Made by a program: the position numbers and the translations under genes. Under the pieces are notes generated by a model. It was not told where the DNA came from. It saw nothing but the letters and a program-made list of their open reading frames with translations, and ran no database searches. Below, piece after piece: positions 13,816-26,107 of a stretch of 64,000 bases of DNA. The first letter of the stretch is position 1; every line of letters begins with the position of its first letter. Where the stretch lies: contig NC_085843.1 in assembly GCF_035594765.1 (NCBI RefSeq), positions 243,947,971-244,011,970 on the forward strand, written 5' to 3'. The DNA is from Anolis carolinensis. Lineage: Eukaryota.

Positions 13816-14293
13816 AGCCCCTTCCACACAGCTGTATAAAATCCCACATAGAATCATAGAATCACAGAGTTCGAAGAGACCTCAATGGCCATCCAGTCCA
13901 ACCCTCTGCGAAGAAGCCGTTGTCTGCTTTGAACTGGATTATATGGCAGTGTGGACTCAGATAACCCAGTTTTTTCATGTCAGGAGTGACTTGAAAAACT
14001 GCAAGTTGCTCCTGGTGTGAGAGAATTGGTCGTCTGCAAGGACATTGCCCAGGGGACACCCAAACGTTTGATGTTTTACCATCCTGTGGGAGGCTTCTCT
14101 CATGTGGAGCTAGAGTTGACAGACGGGATATCACCCTGCTCCCCAAAGTCGAACCACCAACCTTTCAGTCAGCAGTCCTGCAGCAGTCCTGCAGAGTTTA
14201 ACCCATTGTGCCACTGGGGACTCCTAGATAACCCAGTTCAAAGTAGATATTGTGGATTATATTCTGGGTTTTATGACTGTGTGAAAGGGCCCT
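13816..14293. mobile_element. PIF/Harbinger-like MITE (TIR GGGCCCTTCCACACAGC) with nested CR1 3' fragment (about 13848-13915) and SINE
   Basis: TIRs and TAA flanks; other copies at about 19925-20080, 20559-20702, 42122-42273, 43214-46400 and 57110-57141. Confidence 0.75.
13972..14225 (-). mobile_element. Anolis SINE2-like element
   Basis: Homologous to 2616-2868; TSD AGATAACCCAGTT on both sides. Confidence 0.85.
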
Positions 14294-16300
14294 TAAGCTT
14301 TCTTAAAAGCTGGACATTTAGCTTCTGTTTAAAATACATCAAAGAAAGAGAGTCATTTTTTCCCCTTCCTGACCTGTCCAAGAGATGAATCAGAGAATAA
14401 AGTTAGCTTGGAAGAGAATGGACGATCCAGGATAAGAAGAGGAGCATTTAACTCGCTTTTATTTCAGCTTTAGAATAGGGTTTCTGTACATGTTGAGTTT
14501 AAATCAAAGCTCCTGTTAAGACACCAAGCTCTCAAGGTTGGTAGAGTTGAAACAGTGGATTACCTCATTACTGTGAGATGATAACCACTAAACAATTAAA
14601 AAGATAACTAATTTTTTATATGTGCGTGCTAAGATTTTTCTTGGGAACAAATTGTGTGTATCATGTGATGTTGGGCAGACAGTTTAAATGTAACTCAATA
14701 TGTGCAGTAAAGGTTGCATAATAAAGGCTTGTAAACAGACACATAAGTTGAACAGTAAACAATGAGCCAACGCAGCCAGCAGGATGGAACAGATTAAGTA
14801 AGGATGAGCTGAAACAGGGATGCTTTTATGAATACATCCATGACACCCTTCAAAAGCTCTTCTGTCTCCTTTCAGCACTCTTCTCAGAGGAATGGCTAGA
14901 GTTGGGGGAATTATCTGCCTATTCTGAATAAGTAGATTTGGTGGTGGGGGAGGATGTCCCTGTTGAGTTAACTAGCTTCATTCTCCCTTACTTTCTTTGA
15001 TTTGTGACCAGTACAGAATCATAAACGGGAAATGTACCACGTTGCTTCAACAGTGGCATTGACATCTCTCTATTCAAAGTGAAGGCAATCTGGTGGCTTT
15101 ATTATCTCAGTAACATTTCTAAAAAGCTAGGTTTGAGGAGCTATGAAAAGCAATGACATTCTCAATTTAGCAATGGCCTTGCCAACACTGCCATATAGCA
15201 CAGTTTGAAACCACATTATATGATCAGTGTAGATTAATATAGTACAATTCAATGCAGTTAATCTAGATTACATGAATCTAACATATAATGCAACTTCAAA
15301 CAACATTATATGGCAGTGTAGATGTGGCCTATGTGATCCTTCACTGGTTAGAATCACCCAACCAACAAAAAGAAATGTGCGTGTCTTAAAAATGCCACTA
15401 CAATAATTACTAGGAAGAACAATTGCAAGAAATACACATTTGGGAAGAAAGGTTTGAATTCTCACATGCCTCCCTTTTTGCCAATTTTTAAAAATAATTC
15501 CCTCTAGACACTTTACAGAGCCATAATAAGAGATGTCGTGGAGTTAAGGTTGACATGATGATGTGTCAGGATGTTTTCATTAGCAAGAACAAACATTTCA
15601 GGTGCCACACCCTTTGTTGGCACACCATACTATCCTTCATAACGTTACTGTTTTATGTCTGTCACCAGATCACCATAAATCTGGTGCTGCTCTTCAAGTG
15701 GTATACATGCACATACACATATGATCGCAAAGATGATCAATGTGGCAAGCTTGCATTTTTTGAATACTTATTTTGGGCATGGCTACGGGAATGATCACAA
15801 TCAGCATCTGGATTTCAAAATATACCACTCAACTATTTCCTGAAACACATGAAATGTTTGTATGTGTGTACGTTCTTATTCTAAATATAATGTAATGGGA
15901 ATAAAGAACTCAAGATTTATATGGCCCCTTATATTGCCAGATAACTCTCTGCGGTTAATGCTTCAAAACTGAAGTGTAGGAATGGTCCCTGGTGATGTTA
16001 TTAAACATTATGACTTAAGCACCAGTCATAATTGCTTGTCATTAATTCACACACACAACCACCAACCCACCCACACCATGTGTTTCTTTTTGGAAATTAA
16101 GTCAGAAATTATAAGGTGAAATGACAGAATTCTACTTTCTAATTCATTTAGGGAGATAAGACAAGGACTACTTAATCTAACCTACTTTCTTCTAGCCAGA
16201 AGTTAATGCAGAGCAGAGTGAAGCATGATCTTTGAAGCCCCAATGACTTGGGCAGTAGCAATCAGGAAGCTAACTATGTAAATTCATAAATCCACTAGAG

Positions 16301-16435
16301 CAGTGGTTCTTAACCTGTGGGTCCCCAGATATTTTGGCCTTCAACTCCCAGAAATCCTAACAGCTGGTAAACTGGCTGAGATTTCTGAGAGTTGTGGGCC
16401 AAAACACCTGGGGACTCACAGGTTGAGAACTACTG
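16301..16435. mobile_element. 135-bp hAT MITE
   Basis: TIRs; TSD CACTAGAG. Confidence 0.92.
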
Positions 16436-17524
16436 CACTAGAGTTTTTGCAAGCACCAAATCAATTAAATCTTACAAATTATTGTAAGAGGGTCTGTTAC
16501 TGGCTGAGCTTGAGATTTGCATATAGCCTTTTCCTGGAGTCAAGTCTACCAAACCAAAGAGTTTGCTTCCTCATCCCACCCCCCAGAGATAACCATGAAA
16601 ACTGGACTCAGTGCCAGACCCTGAGATCTAGCAACATTTCCTATTATTTGTTTGTTTGTTTATTTTTAATTATTTCTTCTTTGTATAAAACTCACCATTA
16701 TTTTGTGACTAAGTTTCAAATAGTCATTGTGAAGATATTCAGATGAGTACTATTACTTATGAGCATTCTGCTTGTGCACCAATATGCAGTTGAACCCTCA
16801 CTGCATGGCTTCCTATGGCTCACCTAGGCAGGTTCCTGTCTGATTAAAGAACTGTGCTGACAACCTGTCAATGCTGCTCTTTAATGAACTGGAGAGCCTG
16901 TTACTGGATAATGCAAAGCACTACATTTCCTTCTCTATCAAAAACAGTATCTGCAATGGACCTGCACTGTTCAGGGAGCATGAAACTGAGCAGTGCAACT
17001 GATCCTGTCTCAGCTAAACAACAACAAAAAGCAAGGTGATGGCTGACCTTTCAGTTTGCTTAGCCATTGCTCGTTTTGTAATTAAATACATTTGTCTAGA
17101 GTACAAAGCGATTTTCTTTTCTTTTTCTTTTTTTTCTTCCACTAAGAAATCAGAAGTAAACCAACATCTCTCACTGTGTTCTTTGGCGTAGGTCCCAGAT
17201 ACTAAAATCCTGCAGCCCTGGGTTTGGATTTGCGCTGGGTTAATCAAAGTTGCCAAGCAGAAGCTGCAATCCAAATCTAAATAGTTTGGGAAGGAAGACA
17301 AAAAACAGAAGCCAAGCATTTCCAATTGCCAGGTCTGGGGACTTGAATTCATTAGCCTAATTAAAGTCAAGGTGTTTCTCTAGGGGGTGGGGGGAGGAAT
17401 TGGGTCTGAACTATTGGTTTTCCCGCAGACATCTAGCCAAGAGTGGTAGAATGAAAGGAATTGCAAAACAGGCAATCTGGGTAGTGCAATCCTTTGCACA
17501 TTTTCTTAGATATTCAGGAGTCCT

Positions 17525-18716
17525 TAGTCTTGAGCAAGTGTGAACAGGTTTGCAACATTTGCTTTGTTGCACATAGTAAAGTCCGAAGGCAAAGTTTTCT
17601 AAAGACTCTGAGTATGTGCTCACCACTGCCCACTATCTGGAGTAGTAAGGTGTGTGCGGTATTTGTTCCATTTGTTTCATTCGAGTATTTGTTTTGTACC
17701 GTTCTTTCGGAAGGCACGAAACGAAAGAGCCCATTTTCAGATGAAACAAAAGGTGAAATGAAAGAGAAAGTTGCACAGTTTCCGTTTCTTAGTTTGGTTT
17801 TCGGGTCATGTGGCTTTCCTCACGTGGCCCAGAGAGTTCTTCCGCACGCGTTAGAGGAGGTGGAGGTGATGTTTGGGGCTGTTGGCCAATCAGAGCCCAA
17901 GGAAACTGTGACATTGCCAGGGTATTTAATGGGGTGACTTCCCCCAAAGCGCCCATTGTGGGCACATCCTTTGCTGGTGCTGGTTGGCTGCCTGGGTTGC
18001 TTCTGCTCACTCAGCTCACTCATTCTCTGTGATAGTGTGCTTGCTTGCTTGCTGCCTTGTTGCCTTGCCTCTTGCCTTGCCTTCCTTGTTTGCCTTGCTG
18101 CCAGGGGAAGGAGATTTGCTTGTATTTAATTTTTTCCCCAAGCTTGACTGCTTGGCTTCTATTTTTAATTCTTTCTTTGAAGGGAAGGGAGCTGGGATTT
18201 TTGAAGAGATGGGGGTAGGGTGGGTTTGATTGGGGAGTGTGCACGGGGCTTTGGGGGTGTAGGAAAGAAGGGGATCTCTGTAGTTTCTATTTGCTGTACT
18301 ATAATATTTTTAAATTTTTAAATCTTTTATCTAATTCTTTGTTTAACCCCCCCTTTTTTTTCTCCCCCTGGGTAATATATATACACACCAAATATTTTTG
18401 AAAGGAAAGAAATTGTTGGGCTTCTACTTTTTCCATTTAGAAAACATTTTAAAACTTGGTGAGCTAAAAAGGGTCGATATGCCCTCCATGTATGGCGATT
18501 TTCATCCTTCTAGCCCTAAAACTGAGAGGAGGGTGAGCCTTGGAAGCTTTCCCATTGCTGCCAATGGTCTGAAAATTTTTGTTATTACGGACATGAGACA
18601 AATCTCCCATTCGGATAGAAGTCCCATTTTCAGAAGCGGCAAAGAAAATAAAAATGGGGCAAAACAAATGAAACAAAACAAAATGGGTAGCGATTCTATA
18701 CAAATGCACAAGACTA
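17525..18716. mobile_element. older non-autonomous hAT-type element (TIR TAGTCTTG(A/T)GCA)
   Basis: 11/12 TIR match; TTCGT/ACGAA-type subterminal motifs; right end homologous to 54138-54376; TSD eroded. Confidence 0.65.
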
Positions 18717-20391
18717 TGCCCTGAACTGAAGCTGGAGAAATGCATGTATTTTCCCCCTCAGGCATCAAACATGTCCATAAATCAAAACATCTTATGAACA
18801 GAAGATAGCCCTCCCATTAGTCAGAGAGAACTGGCTAATCTGGTAGTTAATTCTGGATTCTAAGCATTTTAGTTATTTAAAATGAACCCATAAGGGACTA
18901 TTTTTCCTCTTCTTAAACCTTAGGTAGAAAAATGTCTTGGGTGTGTCTTACAAATGAACACATTTTATACTGGTTTTCAAGGTCTAACTGGTGTTGTTCT
19001 ATCAATTGCTCAGTGATATAACTTTATCTAAAGAGCGATGTAACCATCTTATTGTTCGCCCGCCTCTCCTTGCAACTTGACAGTAGCTTTTGATCTAGCA
19101 GCTGTCTCAAAGATATTACTAGATTTCAATTAAATCTGCCTCTATTTAGGAGAGAATGGGAATGTATTGAATGCCTCTCCTTGCCAACTTTTATTCACAA
19201 ATAGCAGTAGTTATTTTACTTGATGTTCCTCGTTCTGATCTTTGCTATCCATAAAATTAAGAAATATCATGGAAGCAAAATGTTTTATAGTCACCTCCTT
19301 GAACATAAATAATTTAAAACAGGCGAAGTAGAAAATGTTTAAATATGACAAATAATAAAATGCTCTCTGGTGATACAGTTAAGACTTTCCAAAGATACAA
19401 ATGGATATCCAGTGCCAAATGTAATACACTCCACGCGTTTTCTCTGATCCAGTGGCACATTTGTAACAACTTGTTTTCATGGTGTTTCACATTAATAGAA
19501 CTATATTGGTTTCTATAGCAATCTATACCAATATGAATAACTGGGGTTAAACCAGGGGTGGAAGCAGGTCTTCCAATATAAATGCAGCAGTCAAAAAAAA
19601 ATATAGATCATTGCTATGTATTTTACAGGTTCTACTTTACTACAAATCTCAATTTGCAAATACAGAGGAACAAGACAAGCTAAAGCAGTGAAAATTATGG
19701 AATCGCATCTGTTCTTAATACATCTGGATTAGACTGGGATTTTAAAAGTCTTGCTGGTTCAGATCAAAGGTTCATTTAGTCCTTACAGTTTCATTTTGCA
19801 CAGCAATCATTCAAATGCTTATGGGAAACCAACTAGTAAAATGGGAAAAGAACTGACCTCCCCATGTTGAAGAAGTGGCACAAGTGGAAAAATGCTTGGG
19901 AGAGGCACAAAACTCCCAAGATGGAGGGCCCTTCCAGACAGGCCCTATATCCCAGAATCTGATCCCAGGTTTTCTGCTTATCCCAGATTATCTGGCAGTA
20001 CTGACTCATATAATCCCGTTTAAAGCAGAAAACCTGAGATCAGATCCTAAGATACAGGGTCTGTCTGGAAGGACCCATATTTAAGGAAGTGGGTTTTGTT
20101 TATACCATAAGTCAAGAAAAAAAATATTTTGCATGAAAATATCTGGCTAAGCATTGGCTAAACTAACTTCCTCACAACTCCTTCCAAGTCTGTATTAAAA
20201 AATGCAGCACATCAGTCAATATCAGTAACATGCCATTTCATATAGACATATTACATACAGACATATTCTGAACAACAGCACCAGTGTTTGGTTGCAGTGC
20301 ATTGATTTGCTGTAATAGGAGCTGAATTGATCCAGAGAGGTATAGCTGATGGGAGATAGGCTTTATCTTTTCTTTCCCCTCATACCTTTTC

Positions 20392-20556
20392 TAGAATTAT
20401 AGAATCATAGAATCATAGAATAGTAGAGTTGGAAGAGACCTCATGGGCCATCCAGTCCAACCCCCTGCCAAGAAGCAGGAAATCGCATTCAAAGCACCCC
20501 CGACAGATGGCCATCCAGCCTCTGCTTAAAAGCCTCCAAAGAAGGAGCCTCCACCT
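20392..20556 (-). mobile_element. young CR1 LINE 3' end, strongly 5'-truncated
   Basis: (CATAGAAT)n tail; nearly identical to 24528-24692. Confidence 0.9.
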
Positions 20557-22477
20557 CTGGCCCCTTCCATACAGCTGTATAAAATCCAACATTATCTGTT
20601 TTGAACTGGGTTGTATGGCAGAGTGGACTCTGATAACCCAGTTAGCAGATATTGTGGATTATCTGCCTTGATATTCTGGGTTATATGGCTGTGTGGAAGG
20701 GCTGTTCTGGCAGGGAGCTTCTGTCCCTTGCTCCATCACTCCAGAATATGTTAATCCACAGGTCAATGAGGAAGAAATATAAGATGTGACTCCTAATATT
20801 AATCATGATTAGAATACATTTGCTGGATACATTCAACTTACATCAGTGTTGAGTCACCAATTACACTAAGGCAGCTCTGGTTTGAACTAACAGTGGGATT
20901 TAGAACTAACGATGTCGTTTGGGGTCAGTATGTGATGAAAATGGGGTGAAAGGAAGAGAGAATGGACTTTATTTTCTGCAAGAAAGTTTGTGATGTGGAG
21001 GACCCCCCCTATATTAGCAATGGGCAATGCTTGGTGTCAAAATATAATAAAGTCAATCAGACAATGAAGGATAATGGTTCATCACCCAGAAGACTCTGGA
21101 AGTTATTTTTTTTGAAAATGAGGTTCAAGGAACCCCCCACATTGTTATATTAAAAAAAAAACTGTTCACAAATGGAGTTATTGAAAAAACTGTTCTCTCT
21201 TAGCAGTATTAATTTGACGAATCCCTATCCAGTCTGGTATAAGGAATTAAAGGGTTTCGAATTGCTAGGTTGGCAGAAACTTGGGCTAACAGCTGGAGCT
21301 CACCCGCTTACAAGGTGCTGTAGGCTATGTTTAAGAGGAGGAAATTGGCAAAATCACCTCCTTGCCTAAGAAAGCCTTATGCAATTAAATCAATCCTTCT
21401 CATACACACATTAGGACTGCAAGGAAATCAACACTCTATAAACACATATTATTTCATGAGATTTTGCTGAGGGTAAAACTGGATGACACCATATATGGCA
21501 TCCTGAAGCATATAGTTTCTACAGTCATGTATTGTTTAGTTTCTACATTCATGCATTGTTTAAAGGCAATTGAAGTGTTTCAAAGAGGCAAAACTACCAA
21601 TGGAACACACATGCATATGTGCTTTCAAGTTTCTTGTCACCTTCATGAAAACAACATGAATTTCATCAGGTTTTCTTAGGCAAGGAATCAGACTAAATGA
21701 ATGATTAGTTCTTTCTTGTGAAAGCAAAGCCCCTGAATTCTCAAATTCATGTCATATGAGGTTTTATGAGCATGGTTCAGTGAATGGCCATCAGTTTTTG
21801 GGTCTGACCTTAAGCATTCCTTCTATATGACAATAAAATACATTTGGCAGCACTGTAACTGCCACAATGAAGCGTAAGTAACAATTGCGGAAGAGCAAGC
21901 CAAAATTAAAGGGCAAACCTTTGAAAGATGTCCCATCATCTATCAGGAGTGGGTAGTTTTTTGATAATACCACTGTCATGACTTCATACCCTGGGAGCTG
22001 TCATCACAGCAGATATTGAAAGGGCACCTCAGGCAGAGTGAAATCCTTGTCCTCAGCTTTAATGACATTGCAGAAGAGGAGAGAGGCAGGGAGGCGAGAG
22101 CAGAGAGTCAGGAACATAATGGAAGGATGAGGGATATTTATCTTAAAAACGAAAGGTTATTTACTTGAGCGCTATAATAAGATCCTCCTCTTGCATATGT
22201 CCTGGAAATGTCAGATTGCTTTGTTTCAGGACAGAAGTGCATCCATCTTTGGATTCTGGTTTGCCTCTGCTTCCCTGCAGTCATTCAGTAATGTTAATAT
22301 CATGTTTCTAAACAAGTTTCCAAACAGATGCACTTGGCATATTGAGTATCAAAAGTTCACATATTTCTTGCCTCGGTACCTCTCTATGGCCTGTGCAGTT
22401 TTAATGCAATTTGCCAAAAACTATGGAGAAGGTTAAGAGGAACAAAACTCACGCATGCTCAAATCTCAATGTCTTCT

Positions 22478-22803
22478 AAAGTAAAGGAAAAGGTTTTCCC
22501 CCTGACATGGGGTCTAGTCGTGTCTGACTCTGGGGGTTAGTGCTCATCTCCATTTCTAAGCTAAAGAGCCGGTGTTGTCCATAGATACCTCCAAGGTAAT
22601 GTGGCCGGCATGACTGAATGGAATGCTGTTACCTTCCTGCCAAAGCGATATCTATTGATTCAGTCACATTTGCATGTTTTCGAACTGCTAGTTTGGCAGA
22701 AACTGGGGCTAACAGCAAAAGCTCACCCCGCTCCCTGGATTCGAACTGCTGACCTTTTGGTCAGCAAGTTCAGCAGCTCAATGGTTTAACCTGCTGCACC
22801 ACT
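22478..22803 (-). mobile_element. Sauria SINE
   Basis: Homology to the other copies. Confidence 0.9.
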
Positions 22804-24012
22804 GAGCAAAAATACTGAGCAAAAAAATTGTTTTCTCCTCAAGAGGTAGAAAACTGTGGAAATTATCCTTCCTCACTTGCAAAGATTAGAGTTTGCTATT
22901 GACATCCATATTCAGTGATCATTTTTGTAATACAGTTTCTTCCACTTCTAGAGGATATGTTGCTTGTCTTGACTTAAGTTCATCTTGGGAAGACCATTTG
23001 CTTGATATGTAGAGGCTCAATAGGAAATCACAGTACTCAAGTTTAGAATAGATAACATTTGAGATTAGATGGGGCACAAGCCACTAATTTTTTCAAAGTG
23101 AAGAGAAAATGTGCACAATGTGTCTTTTCTCCTTTCTCCCCCTTTCTCTCTCCCTAGTGGCTACTTTTTCTCTACTACTCTTCTCTTCTCTACTTTAAGC
23201 TAAGGATTCAAAAGACATGAGAGAACTGTATGAATAATGAAGAAAAATCCTTCATACCTGCACGATATTCAATTCTTATTGTACTGAATCTTTTCAATCA
23301 GACTGCATTAAACTATATTAGCATTTCAGCTTCCTAGGATAGCTAAAATCCCAGGCATAGTATGCATTTTTCATTAGAGCTAGTGCCAGATGATCAGCCT
23401 AGGGCTACAAGGTCAGTAAATCACTCTCCACTGGTAAGCTGTGTTTCTTCCTTGAAGGCAAATGAACCTTTTGCCTTCCTCTCTCTTTCTAAAAGAAGAT
23501 ATACTGGGACTTAGCTCTGCCCAGCTGTAATTCCAGTGAATGTACCGGAGGGGGAAAAACTAGGTTGCCTGTGAATGTACTGGTGTCTCTGTCTTATGAT
23601 CCATCAAGTCCTCTGCAGGAATACTTACCACTGGGATTGGAGTGGTGAGAGAAGTAATGGTTATACTTGGCTCTCTCAATCTATTAAACTAGCACACACA
23701 ATTTCATTCACACACATATATATATAGCTCATGGTTGCTATGCAGGGAAAGTTTTACCAGTATGAAGTAAAAGACTTCGGGTTGGTTTTTTAATACTGCT
23801 CTATCTGGTTGTAATGTGTAAATTATATATAGATAATATGCACAAAATATAAATAAAATAATATTAATAATATTAAACAGCAAAATAATATATATGTTAC
23901 CCTATACTTCTGCATGATTTTAGCAATATTGCTTTTGAGATTACAACTTCCATGTAAGCATGATTGGGGGATTGTGGTTAATTACCCAAAGAAGCAATTT
24001 TTTTATCATTGA

Positions 24013-25123
24013 CTAGCTGTGCTGGCCACGTGTTGCTGTGTCATCTGGCGGTCCACAAAGGTTTCACCTTGGTAGGAAGCAGTCAGGCTTTGAAGCTGCA
24101 AGGCTATTCAGTGCTATTCAAGCTGGCCAATTGCAACATTCACACTTGCCTCAAGCAGAAAAAGAGTTTTGTCACATTTGAAGCACCTTTCAGTTTCTCA
24201 AGTTGCTCCTGGCTAATGGGACAGCCAGCTCCCTCACAATGGATGGTGGGTGTTTTTTTTTCCTTGCGCAGGAAAGGACGCAGTGGGGCCAGGACAGTCT
24301 TTTTCCCAGTTGAAGCATTCACACTTGCCTCAAGCAGAAAAGAGTTCTGTCTCATCAGAAGCAGCTTTCAGTTTCTCAAGGCACTCCTGACTCCATAGCT
24401 AGGCTTCACTCGACACCTGGCTCCAGTAGCAGGGATGGCACGTTGCCTCGCAACGGATGGTTGGTGTATTTTTCTCTCGTGCAAGAGGGGGACGGAGCCT
24501 GGACAGTCTTTTTTTGTGTGCATGTTCTAGAATCATAGAATCATAGAATCATAGAATAGTAGAGTTGGAAGAGACCTCATGGGCCATCCAGTCCAACCCC
24601 CTGCCAAGAAGCAGGAAATCGCATTCAAAGCACCCCCGACAGATGGCCATCCAGCCTCTGCTTAAAAGCCTCCAAGGAAGGAGCCTCCACCACAGCCCGG
24701 GGGAGAGAGTTCCACTGTCGAACAGCCCTCACAGTGAGGAAGTTCTTCCTGATGTTCAGGTGGAATCTCCTTTCCTGTAGTTTGAAGCCATTGTTCCATG
24801 TCCTAGTCTGCAGGGCAGCAGAGAACAAGCTTGCTCCCTCCTCCCTATGACTTCCCTTCACTTATTTGTACATGAAGGGTGGGTTACAACATAACTAAAA
24901 CACATAATCATCATAAATATTATATAAAATACACATCTTAAATGTCTTCTGTAATGTCTTCTTGCTTTTGGGGTTTTTAAAGTCCTTGCCAGTTTTTTTT
25001 TTTGAGTGATGGTCACAGATTGGACTGAGGTGTGTATTGTGGCCAAATTTGGTGTCATTTCGTCCAGTGGTTTTTCAGTTACGTACATTCTAAAAATGAA
25101 CATTACATTTATATATATATAGA
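24013..25123 (-). mobile_element. non-autonomous Helitron with both ends, carrying a Penelope-like segment and a CR1 insertion
   Basis: Minus-strand 5' TCTATATATAT... at 25123; 3' imperfect hairpin plus CTAG at 24013; inserted between A and T with no TSD. Confidence 0.75.
24528..24872 (-). mobile_element. young CR1 LINE 3' fragment (ORF2 C-terminus plus 3'UTR)
   Basis: ORF 24625-24861 'KLQERRFHLNIRKNFLTVRAVRQWNSLPRAVVEAPSLEAFKQRLDGHL' is the CR1 ORF2 C-terminus; (ATTCTATG)n tail. Confidence 0.93.
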
Positions 25124-25454
25124 TTGTGTTCAAAGGTCCCTATATACAGCTTTATGACATGTAATGGTGCCCATTTTCCAAAGGTGAGGAAGATAAATGG
25201 AACTGATAACCTTAGCACTTTAATTTTGAATTTAGAAAAAACTATTTGAACAGGTATTTAAATATTATATTGCTATCACGCCCTTTCTTCATGCAGTACA
25301 ATATGACATATAATAAGCCCTTGGCATCTACTGGGGTTTGGTTCCTGTGGATACCAAAATCCATGGATGCTGAAGTTCCATTATATATAGTAGTAAAATT
25401 GTGCCCCTTATATAAAATGGGAACATCAATTTCTTTTTAAGCTGTGAATGATTA

Positions 25455-26035
25455 GAATAATAGAATCAGAAAATTGAAGAAAGACCTCAAGGGCCATCTA
25501 GTCCACCTCCTGCCATGCAGAAACACACAATCAAATCATTCCTGACAGATGGCTATCCAGCCTCTGCCTGAAAACTTCCAGAGCATTGGTTTTCAACCTG
25601 GGGTCCCCAGATGTTTTTGACCTACAACTCCAAGAAATCCCAGCCAGTTTACCAACTGTTAGAGTTTTTAGGAGTTGAAGGCCAATTCTCTCACACCAGA
25701 AGTGGCTTGCAGTATGTTTTCAAGTCGTTTCTGACATGATTAAAAAAATGTCTCCTCTCAGCATTCTTTCCTCCAAAATAAACATACCCAGCTCTCTAAG
25801 CCATTCCTAATAGGGCATGGTCTCCAGATCTCCTCTGGATACAACCCAACATGTCAATATCTCTCTTAAATTGTGGTACCCAGAAATGGATGCAGCATTC
25901 CAAGTGAGGTCTGTCCAAAGCAAAGTGGAGTGCTACAATTATTTCCCTCAGTCTAAACACTATTCTCCTATTGATGCAACCTGAAATCACATTGGCTTTT
26001 TTGGTTGCTACATTAGTGTTGCCTCATGTTCAGCT
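25455..26035 (-). mobile_element. older CR1 fragment interrupted by a partial hAT MITE (25584-25682) and a Vingi/SINE2 tail (25680-25747)
   Basis: '[43 protein letters not shown]' is CR1 ORF2. Confidence 0.8.
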
Positions 26036-26046
26036 TAAGACTCTTG

Positions 26047-26047
<1 letters not shown>

Positions 26048-26106
<59 letters not shown>
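26048..26106. repeat. (AAT)n microsatellite (L2 tail)
   Basis: Visible repeat. Confidence 0.95.

Positions 26107-26107
<1 letters not shown>

Noticed and set aside
17494-18768. Cluster of ORFs of 67-147 aa on both strands
   Set aside because: Inside a degenerate non-autonomous DNA transposon with low-complexity (TTGC/TTGCC)n; no transposase motifs
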